The notes: generated from the letters alone by a model not told the origin. Positions 38,447 through 47,865 are shown, counted from the first letter of the stretch. The stretch is DNA of 64,000 bases from an uncultured Actinomycetota bacterium (GCA_963718235.1 CAVQYR010000002.1:384001-448000), one strand, 5' to 3'. Program-made: numbers and translations.

Positions 38447-39421
38447 GTGCCCAGAGTCGAGGTCGTGCCGTTCGCCGACCACCACCTCACCGAGGCGGCC
38501 TGGCTGCTGAGCCGGCAGCACAAGTCGTTGCGTTCGGTCGAGCCGCTCCTACCGGTGGCGTACGAGCAGCGGGAACGGGTGGAGGCGGGCCTCGTCGAGC
38601 TCCTCTCCGCAGGCGCCACGGGCTCGGTGGCCCTGCGTGCAGGATCCCTGGTCGGGTACCTGCTCGGGTCAGCCCGTGAGGACGACGTGTGGGGACCGAA
38701 CGTCTGGATACCACCGGAGGGTGCGGCGGCGCGCGAGCCGGACGTGCTGCGCGACATCTACGCCGATGCCGCGCAGCGATGGGTCGACGAAGGGCGCACG
38801 GCCCACTACGCGTTGGTCCCGGCGCAGGACCCGTCGGTGGTTCGGGCGTGGTCGCACCTGTGCTTCGGGGTCCAGCACGTCCACGCGGGGCGGCCGCTCC
38901 CGAGGGCACCCGGTGAGCGACCGGACCCGCCGCCCGGCCTGACTGTGCGGCCGGCCGTGCCCGGTGACGTCGCGGCGATCGCGGCGATCGACGTCCAGTT
39001 CGGCGAGCACCTGCGGCGCGCCCCGGTGTTCTCCCGGATGGCGGTCCCCGCTCTGGCCGAGGCTGTGGTGGAGGCGAAGGAGTCCCTCGAGGACCCCACG
39101 CTCCACACGTTCGTGGCCGAGCGGAGCGAACGCGTGATCGGTGCCGCCGTCGGCTGCGACCTGAGCCTCTCGTCGGCCCACTCCGGACCAGCCCGGCTGG
39201 ACGGCGCTGCAATGCTCGCCTGGGTGGGCGTCGACGAGAGCCAGCGCGGAGCGGGGGTCGGCCGGGCCCTTGCCGACGCCGTCCTGACCTGGGCCGAGCA
39301 GGGCGACTACCGCGCCATCGCGACCGACTGGCGTGCGGCCAACCTGCCGTCGTCGCGGGCGTGGCCACCGCTGGGGTTCCACGAGACGTTCCTGCGCCTG
39401 CACCGGCTCATCGGGTACTAG
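38447..39421 (+). CDS. GNAT family acetyltransferase (tandem fold)
   Basis: VDESQRGAGVGRAL...TDWRAANL; TAGCGT-6 nt-GTG. Confidence 0.85.
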   Translation: MPRVEVVPFADHHLTEAAWLLSRQHKSLRSVEPLLPVAYEQRERVEAGLVELLSAGATGSVALRAGSLVGYLLGSAREDDVWGPNVWIPPEGAAAREPDVLRDIYADAAQRWVDEGRTAHYALVPAQDPSVVRAWSHLCFGVQHVHAGRPLPRAPGERPDPPPGLTVRPAVPGDVAAIAAIDVQFGEHLRRAPVFSRMAVPALAEAVVEAKESLEDPTLHTFVAERSERVIGAAVGCDLSLSSAHSGPARLDGAAMLAWVGVDESQRGAGVGRALADAVLTWAEQGDYRAIATDWRAANLPSSRAWPPLGFHETFLRLHRLIGY

Positions 39422-39821
39422 CGAGGACCCCCCAGCCGGCGAGCGTGTCGACCAGCCCCGCGCTGGTCGGCAGGGCGCGCAGGGTGGACTCGTCGACCCA
39501 GCGGGCGTCACTCGCGTCGTCGCCGGCCCGAAGGCTCCCCCCGACCACCGTGCAGGAGAAGTCGACCACCTCGAAGGTCGTGGCGCCCGCGACCAGGGTG
39601 AGCCGACCGATCTCGTGGTCGACGAGGACGCGCAGCCCGGTCTCCTCGAGCACTTCGCGGGCGCAGGCGGTGTCCTGGGCCTCGCCGGGCTTCACCCGTC
39701 CTCCGGGCAGGGACCACAGACCCTGGCTCGGCGGGTTCGCCCGACGAACGACCAGGAGGTGCCCGTCGTGGTCCCGGATGACCGCACCTACGGCGGGAAC
39801 GACCAGGTCCTGGGGAGGCAT
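39408..39821 (-). CDS. NUDIX hydrolase
   Basis: Nudix box GGRVKPGEAQDTACAREVLEETG. Confidence 0.92.
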   Translation of the reverse strand: MPPQDLVVPAVGAVIRDHDGHLLVVRRANPPSQGLWSLPGGRVKPGEAQDTACAREVLEETGLRVLVDHEIGRLTLVAGATTFEVVDFSCTVVGGSLRAGDDASDARWVDESTLRALPTSAGLVDTLAGWGVLASTR

Positions 39822-39883
39822 CGGACCATGATGGGCACCAGGTGGGTTGACGGCAACGGTGGTCGGGCGCGACGGTTCGGCTT

Positions 39884-40519
39884 GTGAAAGCCTCGCCGCG
39901 CTGCCCCAGGTGCCACGAGTCGATCGCGCCGCCCGGGCTGTTCTCCAGCGAATGGCGCTGTGAGAGGCACGGTCCGGTTGCTCCCCTGCAGGCGCCTGTG
40001 CCCCCGACCGAGGACGCCCTGACCGCCGTTCTGTCGGCCACCCGGGTTCCGGTGTGGGTGCCCTGGCCGCTGCCGGTCGGGTGGTTGCTCGCCGGTGCCG
40101 TCACGGCAGGGGACGACCGCACCGGCGGTGTCGGCTGCGCCGTGGCGCTCAGCGGTCCGGCGCCCTTGGGGGGGCCGGCCGACCTGGTCCTGGTGGCCGA
40201 GGAGCCCGGGGTCGGCATCGGTGCGGGTCTGGCCGGGCTGCAGGCGTCCGACCCGGGTCCCGGAGCCGCGTTCGGCCCGCCGGTCACCCGGGTGTCGGCG
40301 GCGAGCCATCCCACCCCGATGTGGTCGTTGCCACCGGTGCCGGGGCACGACCGCGCGGTCTACGTCGGCGAGGCCGCCGGATGCTGGCTGTGGGCGCTGT
40401 GCTGGCCCAGCGAGGTCAGCCTCGTGCTGCACGACTCCTTCGAGCTCGTCGACCTGCGGGAACCGGGACACCAGCTGGACCTGCCGTTCGGGGCGCCGTC
40501 CCCGCGCCTTCCCGGCTGA
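39884..40519 (+). CDS. Conserved actinobacterial protein (DUF6758-like) with N-terminal zinc ribbon
   Basis: CPRC...WRCERHG; PVWVPWPLP.GW; LVAEEPGVG; VYVGEA.G.WLW. Confidence 0.8.
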   Translation: MKASPRCPRCHESIAPPGLFSSEWRCERHGPVAPLQAPVPPTEDALTAVLSATRVPVWVPWPLPVGWLLAGAVTAGDDRTGGVGCAVALSGPAPLGGPADLVLVAEEPGVGIGAGLAGLQASDPGPGAAFGPPVTRVSAASHPTPMWSLPPVPGHDRAVYVGEAAGCWLWALCWPSEVSLVLHDSFELVDLREPGHQLDLPFGAPSPRLPG

Positions 40520-40537
40520 CCGACGTACGCTTCGCCG

Positions 40538-41356
40538 ATGGCCCAGCTCGACCTGGACGGCATGCCACGACGGCTGTTCTCGTGCACGCCCACCCGACTG
40601 CTGTCCTGGCTGGACTGCCCGCGGCGCTACCGGTTCACCTACCTCGACCGCCCGACCCCGACCAAAGGCCCACCCTGGGCCCACCTGTCGCTGGGCACGT
40701 CGGTCCACAACGTGTTGCGCGCCTGGTGGGAGCAACCGGTGAGCCAGCGCGACGTCGACTCGGTCACTGCGCTGCTGACCCGTCACTGGCAGGGCGACGG
40801 GTACCGCAACGACGTCCAGCAGCTGGAGCAGCGAGACCAGGCGACGCAGTGGCTGCGTCGGTATGTGGCCACGCTCGACCCCGACGACGAGCCACTGGGG
40901 ATCGAGCGCACCGTCGCCACTCGCACCGAGCGGCTGGCCCTCAGCGGGCGGGTCGACCGAATCGACGAGCGGATGAGTGACGACGGAGTGACCGAGGCCG
41001 TCGTCGTCGACTACAAGACCGGACGACGGCCGCCGACCGACGACGACGCCCGCTCGTCGCTTGCGCTGGCGGTGTATGCGCTGGCCACCGAGCGCACGCT
41101 GCGCCGGCGCTGCCGCCAGGTCGAGCTGCACCATGTCCCGACGGGCACCGTCGCGAGCTGGCGACACGACGAGTCGACGCTGCAGCGGCACCTTCGCCGG
41201 GCGACCGAGCTCGCCGACGACGCCCAGGACGCCGAGGCGTACCCGGCGATGCCGGGGCCCGGCTGCGGGTGGTGCGACTTCCGCGCCCACTGCCCGGAGG
41301 GCCAGGCGGCGGCGACGTCGCGGCAGCCCTGGGACGGACTCGTCGAGGTCAGCTGA
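40538..41356 (+). CDS. PD-(D/E)XK nuclease, RecB/Cas4-like
   Basis: TPTRL..WLDCPRRY, GTSVH, GRVDRID...VVDYKTG, C-terminal CGWCDFRAHCP. Confidence 0.88.
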   Translation: MAQLDLDGMPRRLFSCTPTRLLSWLDCPRRYRFTYLDRPTPTKGPPWAHLSLGTSVHNVLRAWWEQPVSQRDVDSVTALLTRHWQGDGYRNDVQQLEQRDQATQWLRRYVATLDPDDEPLGIERTVATRTERLALSGRVDRIDERMSDDGVTEAVVVDYKTGRRPPTDDDARSSLALAVYALATERTLRRRCRQVELHHVPTGTVASWRHDESTLQRHLRRATELADDAQDAEAYPAMPGPGCGWCDFRAHCPEGQAAATSRQPWDGLVEVS

Positions 41357-43118
41357 GGGGCGCCTGGGGTGGTGGCTGGATGTCGACGCCACGAGGTGGC
41401 GTCCCGTGCCGCTCGGCGTACCACGCGACGTACGCGGCGACCGCCGTCGGCAGCGTCGGGAAGATCCTGTCCTCACCGACCAGGTCGATGAAGCCACCCG
41501 CGGCGAAGTCGTCGCGGAGGTCCTGTTTCACCCGAGCCATCGCGAAGACGACGCCCTGCTTGCGCAGCTCCTCGACGAGCTCGGTCATGGCGTCGACCGC
41601 GGTGATGTCGATCTCGACGTTGGCCTCGGTGTTGAGCACGAACCACTCGACCGGTTCGTCGGCGGCATCCAGGGCCGACATGGCTCGGCGGCGGAAGTCG
41701 TCCCCGTTGGCGAAGAAGAGGGGGGAGTCGTAGCGGTAGACGATCAGGCCGGGTACGAGCCGCGCGGACTCGTAGTCGTCGATGTCGTGCATGCCGGCCA
41801 GCCCGGGCACGTAGCCGAGGATGCCGTCGTGCGGGCGGGCGACCCGACGCAGCAGGTCGATGAGCGACAGGGCCACCGCGATCAGCACGCCATACAAGAT
41901 GTCGAACAGCAGGACACCGGCGGTCGTCGACAGGGCGAGCACGAGCTCACTGGTCCGGAACTGCCTGATCCGGCGGAACTCGGCGACGTCGATGAGTCGC
42001 GTCGCCGCATAGATCACGATCGCCCCGAGCGCGGCGTACGGGAACAGGGCGAGCACTGGACCCAGGAAGAGCAGCACCAGCACGACACCGAGCAGGGCCA
42101 CCAGCGAGTACAGCTGGCTCTTGCTGCCCAGCGAGTCCCCGATCACCGTGCGGCTCCCGCTGCTGCTGACCGGGAACCCCTGGAACAGGCCGCTCGACAG
42201 GTTGGCCCCGCCGAGGGACAGCAGCTCCTGGTTCGCGTCGATCGTGTAGTTGTTGCGGTCGGCGAAGGCACGGGCGGTGAGGACGTTGTCGGAGTAGCCG
42301 ACGATGAGCACGCCCACTGCCGGCAGGAGCAGAGCCTTCAGCTGGTCGGTGGTGACCGACGGCACCTGCGGCGAGGGGATCCCGACCGGGATCTCGCCGA
42401 CTACGGGCAGCCAGGCGTCGAGACCGAGAAGGGCAACCGCCCCCGTGGCGACCACGATGGCCAGCAGGGGCCAGGGCCACCTGGGGCGGAGTCGGGAGCC
42501 GACGAACATCAGGACGAGCACGGCAGCGGTGAACGCAGCGATCCCCACGTTCAGCTCGTCGAAGTGGGCGACGAAGGAGCGCACCTCCTCGACCAGGGTG
42601 TCGCCCTCGACGTCGATGCCCGTGACCTTGCTCAGCTGGCTGATGATCATGATGACCGCGACGCCGGCCATGTACCCGGTCAGCACCGGCTTGCTGAGCA
42701 GCTCGGCGAGGAAGCCCAGCCGGGCGAAGTAGGCAAGCACGGACAGGACCCCGACGATGACGGCCAGAGCGGCCGCCAGGGCCGCGTAGTCGCTGGCGCT
42801 CCCAGCGGCGAGCCCGCCCACGGCCGTCGCCGTCATGAGGGCGGTGGTGGACTCCGGGCCGACCGAGAGCTGGCGCGACGAGCCGACGAACGCGTAGACG
42901 GCCAGCGCCGGCATGATCGCCCACAGGCCGGCGACGGGCGGAAGCCCGGCGATCCCCGCGTACGCCATGACCTGCGGGACGAGGTACGCCGCCACGGTGA
43001 TCCCGGCGATGACGTCGAGCCGAAGCCATGGGCGCTCGTAGTGCCGTAGCCGATCCAGCCCGGGCAGCAGCCGGGCGGTGCGCGAGCGCGGGGCGAGCGT
43101 GGGGCGTTCGGTGGTCAT
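41349..43118 (-). CDS. SulP family anion permease with STAS domain
   Basis: DVIAGITVAAYLVPQVMAYA, QLSVGP, DANQEL, SSSGSRT, YDSPLFFAN. Confidence 0.94.
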   Translation of the reverse strand: MTTERPTLAPRSRTARLLPGLDRLRHYERPWLRLDVIAGITVAAYLVPQVMAYAGIAGLPPVAGLWAIMPALAVYAFVGSSRQLSVGPESTTALMTATAVGGLAAGSASDYAALAAALAVIVGVLSVLAYFARLGFLAELLSKPVLTGYMAGVAVIMIISQLSKVTGIDVEGDTLVEEVRSFVAHFDELNVGIAAFTAAVLVLMFVGSRLRPRWPWPLLAIVVATGAVALLGLDAWLPVVGEIPVGIPSPQVPSVTTDQLKALLLPAVGVLIVGYSDNVLTARAFADRNNYTIDANQELLSLGGANLSSGLFQGFPVSSSGSRTVIGDSLGSKSQLYSLVALLGVVLVLLFLGPVLALFPYAALGAIVIYAATRLIDVAEFRRIRQFRTSELVLALSTTAGVLLFDILYGVLIAVALSLIDLLRRVARPHDGILGYVPGLAGMHDIDDYESARLVPGLIVYRYDSPLFFANGDDFRRRAMSALDAADEPVEWFVLNTEANVEIDITAVDAMTELVEELRKQGVVFAMARVKQDLRDDFAAGGFIDLVGEDRIFPTLPTAVAAYVAWYAERHGTPPRGVDIQPPPQAPLS

Positions 43119-43987
43119 CGGCGTCCCGCCTGTTCGTCCCAGAAGCGGGCGAGGGAGGTCACCGTCTCGTCCGGTCGATCGACGGCTGGCGAGTGCCCAC
43201 TGCCCGAGAGGACCACTTGCCGCGCGTCGAGCGCGTCGGCCATGTCGGCCTGCACCGACGGCCACCACGCGTCGTCGTGCTCCCCGGTGACGACGAGGGT
43301 CGGGATGGCCGTCGCCCTGAGCGCCTCGTTGCGGCAGGGCTCGCCGACTAGGACGTCGACCATGGCCAACAACGACTGCGGGTCGTTGCGACGAAACCGC
43401 TCCGCGAGGAAGGCGCTGACCCGCGGGTCGACTGCGGCATCGCTGCCTTGCTCGACCTCGAGCGCCTGCATGGCCTGCCAGAGGACCTCCGGACCGTGCT
43501 CGGCGAGCACCTCGGCGAACAGCCGCAGCCGCGGGTGCTGCTCGACCGGGAGGGCGGCCGGACCGGAGCAGACCAGGGCCAGCGACGCGAACCGGGTCGA
43601 GCGCAGCACAGCCTCCCGGCCGACCAGCCCCCCCAGCGAGTGACCCACCAGGTGGACCGGTCCCGGCGAGCAGGTGTCGGCAACGGCGAGCACGTCCTCG
43701 GCGAAGACCCCCAACGAGTACCGACCATCTGGTCGGGCGGGGCTCTCGTTCTGGCCGGACAGGTCGAGGGCCACCACGGCGTATCCCGACGCGCTCAGGG
43801 GTGCCAGCAGGGCGACGAAGTCCTCCTTGCTCCCGGTGAAGCCGGGGACGAGCAGCACGGTCTCCTCGACCACCCGGCTCGCCCCGGAGGCCGCCGGTCC
43901 GTGCAGGACGGCCAGGGGTCCCCGGCTCGTCTGCCTCAGCCCGGAGGAGAACCCCGGAGGCAGGTCGAGGTACGCAGGGGTGCTCAC
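43115..43987 (-). CDS. Alpha/beta fold hydrolase
   Basis: LLVPGFTGSKEDF, GHSLGG, GEHD, GHSPAVD. Confidence 0.9.
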   Translation of the reverse strand: MSTPAYLDLPPGFSSGLRQTSRGPLAVLHGPAASGASRVVEETVLLVPGFTGSKEDFVALLAPLSASGYAVVALDLSGQNESPARPDGRYSLGVFAEDVLAVADTCSPGPVHLVGHSLGGLVGREAVLRSTRFASLALVCSGPAALPVEQHPRLRLFAEVLAEHGPEVLWQAMQALEVEQGSDAAVDPRVSAFLAERFRRNDPQSLLAMVDVLVGEPCRNEALRATAIPTLVVTGEHDDAWWPSVQADMADALDARQVVLSGSGHSPAVDRPDETVTSLARFWDEQAGRR

Positions 43988-44006
43988 GGCGGGCAGAATA
44001 GGCCAG
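43988..44006. promoter_or_regulatory. Overlapping bidirectional -10 elements for the leaderless hydrolase and ParA genes
   Basis: CAGAAT (+, 43994-43999) lies 7 nt before GTG 44007; TATTCT (-, 43995-44000) lies 7 nt before GTG 43987. Confidence 0.6.
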
Positions 44007-44858
44007 GTGACCCGGACCCTGGCTGTGGCGAACCAGAAGGGTGGTGTCGCCAAGACCACGACCGTGGCCTCGCTCGGGGTGGCTCTGGCCGAGATGGGCC
44101 GCCGGGTCCTGCTCGTCGACCTCGACCCGCAGGCGTGCCTGACCTTCTCGTTGGGGCTGGACCCGGAGGCCGTCGAGCTGTCGGTCCACGACGTCCTCCT
44201 GGGCCGGGTCACCGCGGCGATGGCGATCCGGCCGGTCGACGAAGGAGTCGACCTGCTTCCGTCGACGATCGACCTGGCCGGCACCGAGATCGCCCTGCTG
44301 ACCGTCACGGGCCGGGAGTTCACCTTGCGACACGCCTTGTCGGAGGTGAGCCGCGACTACGACGACGTGATCCTGGACTGCTCGCCGTCCTTGGGGGTGC
44401 TGACCCTCAACGCGTTGACCGCGGCCGACGAGCTGCTGATCCCGCTGCAGTGCGAGACGCTGTCCCATCGAGGTGTCGGCCAGCTCCTCCAGACCGTGCA
44501 GGACGTCCAGCGGCTCACCAACAAGGACCTCACCGTCCTCGGGGTGCTGCCCACGTTGTTCGACTCGCGGACGATCCACGCACGAGCGGTCCTGGCCGAT
44601 GTCAGCACCCGTTACGACCTCACCGTCCTCGAGCCGCCGATCGCGAAGTCGGTGCGGTTCGCCGAGGCGCCGGCCGTCGGTCGGTCCATCCTCAGGACGG
44701 CGAGCTCGAGCAAGGGTGCCAGGGCCTACCGTGAGGTCGCCCGCAGGCTGGTCGTCGGCCCCTCTGCCCATGTGGCTGTCGATGTGGCCGTCGATCTGAC
44801 CGTCGAAGCGAAGGCGGACCTGCCTGCCGACCGGGTCGAGACCTCGGGAGTGACATGA
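44007..44858 (+). CDS. Orphan ParA/Soj family ATPase
   Basis: ANQKGGVAKTTT, DLDPQ, LDCSPSLG, PLQCE; no parB adjacent. Confidence 0.93.
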   Translation: MTRTLAVANQKGGVAKTTTVASLGVALAEMGRRVLLVDLDPQACLTFSLGLDPEAVELSVHDVLLGRVTAAMAIRPVDEGVDLLPSTIDLAGTEIALLTVTGREFTLRHALSEVSRDYDDVILDCSPSLGVLTLNALTAADELLIPLQCETLSHRGVGQLLQTVQDVQRLTNKDLTVLGVLPTLFDSRTIHARAVLADVSTRYDLTVLEPPIAKSVRFAEAPAVGRSILRTASSSKGARAYREVARRLVVGPSAHVAVDVAVDLTVEAKADLPADRVETSGVT

Positions 44859-45205
44859 GCGACCCACGCGACCGCCACAAGCCGGGCACCGACTTCAGTC
44901 GGCTGCACCCGGTGCTCCAGGGCGACGACACGCCGCGGGTCACCGAGGTCACGGCCGACCTGCAGGGGCGTCGCGCCCTCTTCAGCGGTGAGGGCACACC
45001 GCCGACCTCCCCGGCCGCCTCGACCGGTGCCGTGGTCGTCGACTGCGGTGACTGCGGTGAGCGAACGGTGCTGACGGCGGCGGCGGCGTTGCAGCACGTC
45101 GTTCCGTCGGTCCACCTGCCGTACCTCAAGCGCGACCACGGCTCATGGATGCGCTGCCCTGCCTGCCGCAGGCGCACCTGGGTCAGCGTCTCGATCCAGC
45201 TCTGA
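44855..45205 (+). CDS. Small zinc-ribbon protein coupled to ParA
   Basis: ATGA overlap; GRRALFS motif, CGDC and CPAC pairs. Confidence 0.75.
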   Translation: MSDPRDRHKPGTDFSRLHPVLQGDDTPRVTEVTADLQGRRALFSGEGTPPTSPAASTGAVVVDCGDCGERTVLTAAAALQHVVPSVHLPYLKRDHGSWMRCPACRRRTWVSVSIQL

Positions 45206-45213
45206 TCGCTTCG

Positions 45214-46827
45214 TCAGGAGGGCTGGGCTGCGGCGCCGGTGCCGGTGCCGGCACCGCCCCCACCGCGACGACGGCGCCGACGCCGCGGCGTCGAACCCGT
45301 CCCCGCTGCTGCGCCGTCGGAGGAGCCGGTCGCGGTGGCGGTACCACTGGTCGTCGAGGCGTTGGCGTCCGTGCCCGCCACCGCTGCACCACCGCGTGAG
45401 CGGGTGCGCTGGCGCTTCGGGCGCGGCGTGGACGACCGGGTGTCCTGGCTGCTGCTGCGGGACCCGCCCCGGGACCCGGCGGAGGAGCCTCCCGAGGAGC
45501 CGCTGCGGCGGCGGGAGTCGTCGCGCCCGGCGTTGCTGCGTGGCTTGCGCCCGGTCTCGCCGAGGTCCTCGAGCTCCTCGGCCTCCAGGCCCTCACGGGT
45601 CCGCTTGGACCTCGGGAGGCGGCTGCCGGCTGCGCGCGCGATGCCCAGCTCCTCGAACAGGTGGTCCGACGTCGAGTACGTCTCACGTGGCTCGGGGAAG
45701 GACAGGTCGAGGGCCTTGTTGATCAGGCTCCACTTCGGCAGGTCGTCCCAGTCGACGAACGTGACCGCGACCCCGCTGGCTCCGGCCCGAGCGGTGCGCC
45801 CGATCCGGTGGACGTAGGTCTTGGCGTCCTCGGGGCAGCTGTAGTTGATGACGTGGGTGATGCCCTCGACGTCGATCCCGCGAGCCGCGACGTCGGTGGC
45901 GACCAGGATGTCGACCTTGCCGTTGCGGAAGGCCCGCATGGCCTGCTCGCGGGCACCCTGTCCGAGGTCTCCGTGCACCGCCCCCACGGCGAACCCGCGC
46001 TCGGTCAGGTCGTCGGCCAGCCGCTGCGCGTGCCGCTTGGTGCGGCAGAAGACCACGGTGTGACCACGCCCGGTGGCCTGGAGGATGCGGGCCATCACCT
46101 CGGGCTTGTCCAGCGGGTGCGCGCGGAACACGTGCTGCTCGACGGTCTTGACCAGCTGGCTGCCGTCCTCGTCGGGCGACACCGCGCGGATGTGGGTGGG
46201 CTGGCTCATGTAGCGGCGGGCCAGGGTCACGACGTCACCGGGCATGGTCGCGGAGAACAGCATGGTCTGACGGTCTGCGGGCGTCAGGCCGACGATCCGC
46301 TCGACGTCGGGCAGGAAGCCCATGTCGAGCATCTCGTCGGCCTCGTCGAGCACGAGCGAGTGGACGGCTCCGAGGTGGAGGTGGCGCTTCTCGACCAGGT
46401 CGAGCAGGCGCCCGGGTGTGCCCACGACCACGTCGACGCCGGTCTCGAGCGCCTCGATCTGCGGCTCGTAGGAGCGGCCGCCGTACACCGTGAGCACCCG
46501 CACGCCTCGCGTCTTGGACGCGTGCCGGATCTCGTTGGCCACCTGGATGGCCAGCTCACGGGTCGGGACGACGACCAGCGCCTGCGGGGTGGCCCGCGGC
46601 TCGTGGTCGGGGTGCACCGGGTCGAGCGGCGCCACGAGGCGCTGCAGCAGGGGCAGGGCGAAGCCGAGGGTCTTGCCGGTTCCCGTCTTGGCCTGGCCGA
46701 TGACGTCGTGGCCCTCCAGGGCCACGGGCAGTGTCATCTCCTGGATGGGGAACGCGTCGATGATGCCGAGGGCGGCGAGGTCGGCGACAGTCTCGTCGCG
46801 CACGCCGAGTTCGGTGAACGTGGTCAG
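45214..46827 (-). CDS. DEAD-box RNA helicase (start uncertain: CTG 46827 or GTG 46893)
   Basis: Q motif (FPIQ), AKTGTGKT, PTRELA, TPGR, DEAD, SAT, ARGID, HRIGRTAR; disordered Arg/Ser/Gly tail. Confidence 0.95.
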   Translation of the reverse strand: MTTFTELGVRDETVADLAALGIIDAFPIQEMTLPVALEGHDVIGQAKTGTGKTLGFALPLLQRLVAPLDPVHPDHEPRATPQALVVVPTRELAIQVANEIRHASKTRGVRVLTVYGGRSYEPQIEALETGVDVVVGTPGRLLDLVEKRHLHLGAVHSLVLDEADEMLDMGFLPDVERIVGLTPADRQTMLFSATMPGDVVTLARRYMSQPTHIRAVSPDEDGSQLVKTVEQHVFRAHPLDKPEVMARILQATGRGHTVVFCRTKRHAQRLADDLTERGFAVGAVHGDLGQGAREQAMRAFRNGKVDILVATDVAARGIDVEGITHVINYSCPEDAKTYVHRIGRTARAGASGVAVTFVDWDDLPKWSLINKALDLSFPEPRETYSTSDHLFEELGIARAAGSRLPRSKRTREGLEAEELEDLGETGRKPRSNAGRDDSRRRSGSSGGSSAGSRGGSRSSSQDTRSSTPRPKRQRTRSRGGAAVAGTDANASTTSGTATATGSSDGAAAGTGSTPRRRRRRRGGGGAGTGTGAAAQPS

Positions 46828-46940
46828 GGCTTCCGCCTTGTCGTCGCGCGGGGGCCAGGCAACCTGCGCCGGGATCCAGCGCGGGGCGGCCACACCGCTG
46901 TAAGACCCCCAGTCTAGCGGTCTCGCCTACGCTGACCCTC

Positions 46941-47630
46941 ATGACCACCGCCGAGGTCGACGAGCTGGCCGATCCGCAGTACCGCGCCGCCGTGGTCGAC
47001 CTGCTCGGTGTGCTGGCCTACGGCGAGCTCAGCGCCTTCGAGCGGCTGTCCGACGACGCGGCAATGGCTCCCACCCTGACCGACCGGGCCAAGGTCGCCG
47101 CGATGGCGTGCGCGGAGTTCGGCCACTTCGTGCTGCTGCGCGACCGTCTGGGCAGCCTGGGCGCCGACCCCGAGGAGGCTATGCGGCCGTTCGTGGCCCC
47201 GCTGGAGGCCTTCCACGCCTCGACCGCACCCGCGGACTGGCTCGAGGGTCTGGTCAAGGCGTACGTCGGCGACGGGATCGCCGCGGACTTCTACCGCGAG
47301 ATCGCCCAGCACCTCGACACCTCGACCAAGGCCCTGGTGCTCGAGGTGTTCGCGAACACCGGGCACGCCGCCTTCGTGGTGGAGACGGTGCGTGAGGCGA
47401 TCGCCAGCGATCCCCGGGTCGGAGGTCGGCTCGCCCTGTGGGGGCGCCGACTGGTGGGGGAGGCGCTGAGCCAGGCGCAGCGGGTGGCGGCCGAGCGCGA
47501 CGGGCTGACCGTGCTGCTGGTCGGGGGGGTGGACCGACCCGGCGTCGACCTGGCCGAGATCGGACGGATGTTCGCCCGGCTCACCGAGGCGCACAGCCGG
47601 CGGATGTCGGCCCTGGGCCTGGCCGCCTGA
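46941..47630 (+). CDS. Ferritin-like fold protein (MiaE-like)
   Basis: DLLGVLAYGELSAFERL, EFGH, WLEGLVKAYVGD, RLALWGRRL.GEA; TACGCT-7 nt-ATG. Confidence 0.88.
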   Translation: MTTAEVDELADPQYRAAVVDLLGVLAYGELSAFERLSDDAAMAPTLTDRAKVAAMACAEFGHFVLLRDRLGSLGADPEEAMRPFVAPLEAFHASTAPADWLEGLVKAYVGDGIAADFYREIAQHLDTSTKALVLEVFANTGHAAFVVETVREAIASDPRVGGRLALWGRRLVGEALSQAQRVAAERDGLTVLLVGGVDRPGVDLAEIGRMFARLTEAHSRRMSALGLAA

Positions 47631-47640
47631 GCCCGACGGG

Positions 47641-47865
47641 TCAGGCGCCGAAACCGACCCGGCCCCGCGTGGGCTCGCCGAGCTCGACGTAGGCCAGCGT
47701 GGCCGTGGGGACGAGCACCCGGCGGCCCTTGGTGTCGGTCAGGTCGAGGATCCCGACGGTGTCCTCGACGGCGGTGCGCACGGCGGCGGCGACGTCGTCG
47801 GCGGCGTCGTCGGTCTCGATGACCAGCTCTCGGGGCGCACCCTTCACACCGATCTTGACCTCCAC
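47641..47865 (-). CDS. DUF3107 domain protein
   Basis: MEVKIGVKGAPREL...LTDTKGRRVLVP...YVELG...RVGF; GGAGG RBS. Confidence 0.9.
   Translation of the reverse strand: MEVKIGVKGAPRELVIETDDAADDVAAAVRTAVEDTVGILDLTDTKGRRVLVPTATLAYVELGEPTRGRVGFGA

Noticed and set aside
40538-41356. Cas4-like nuclease as evidence for CRISPR-Cas
   Set aside because: No repeat-spacer array or other cas genes in the window
41349-44867. 1172-aa ORF suggesting a giant SulP fusion
   Set aside because: The N-terminal ~580 aa overlaps the hydrolase (other frame) and ParA (antisense); the real SulP starts at 43118
45214-45540. Repetitive Arg/Ser/Gly-rich sequence
   Set aside because: Ordinary disordered C-terminal tail of a DEAD-box helicase
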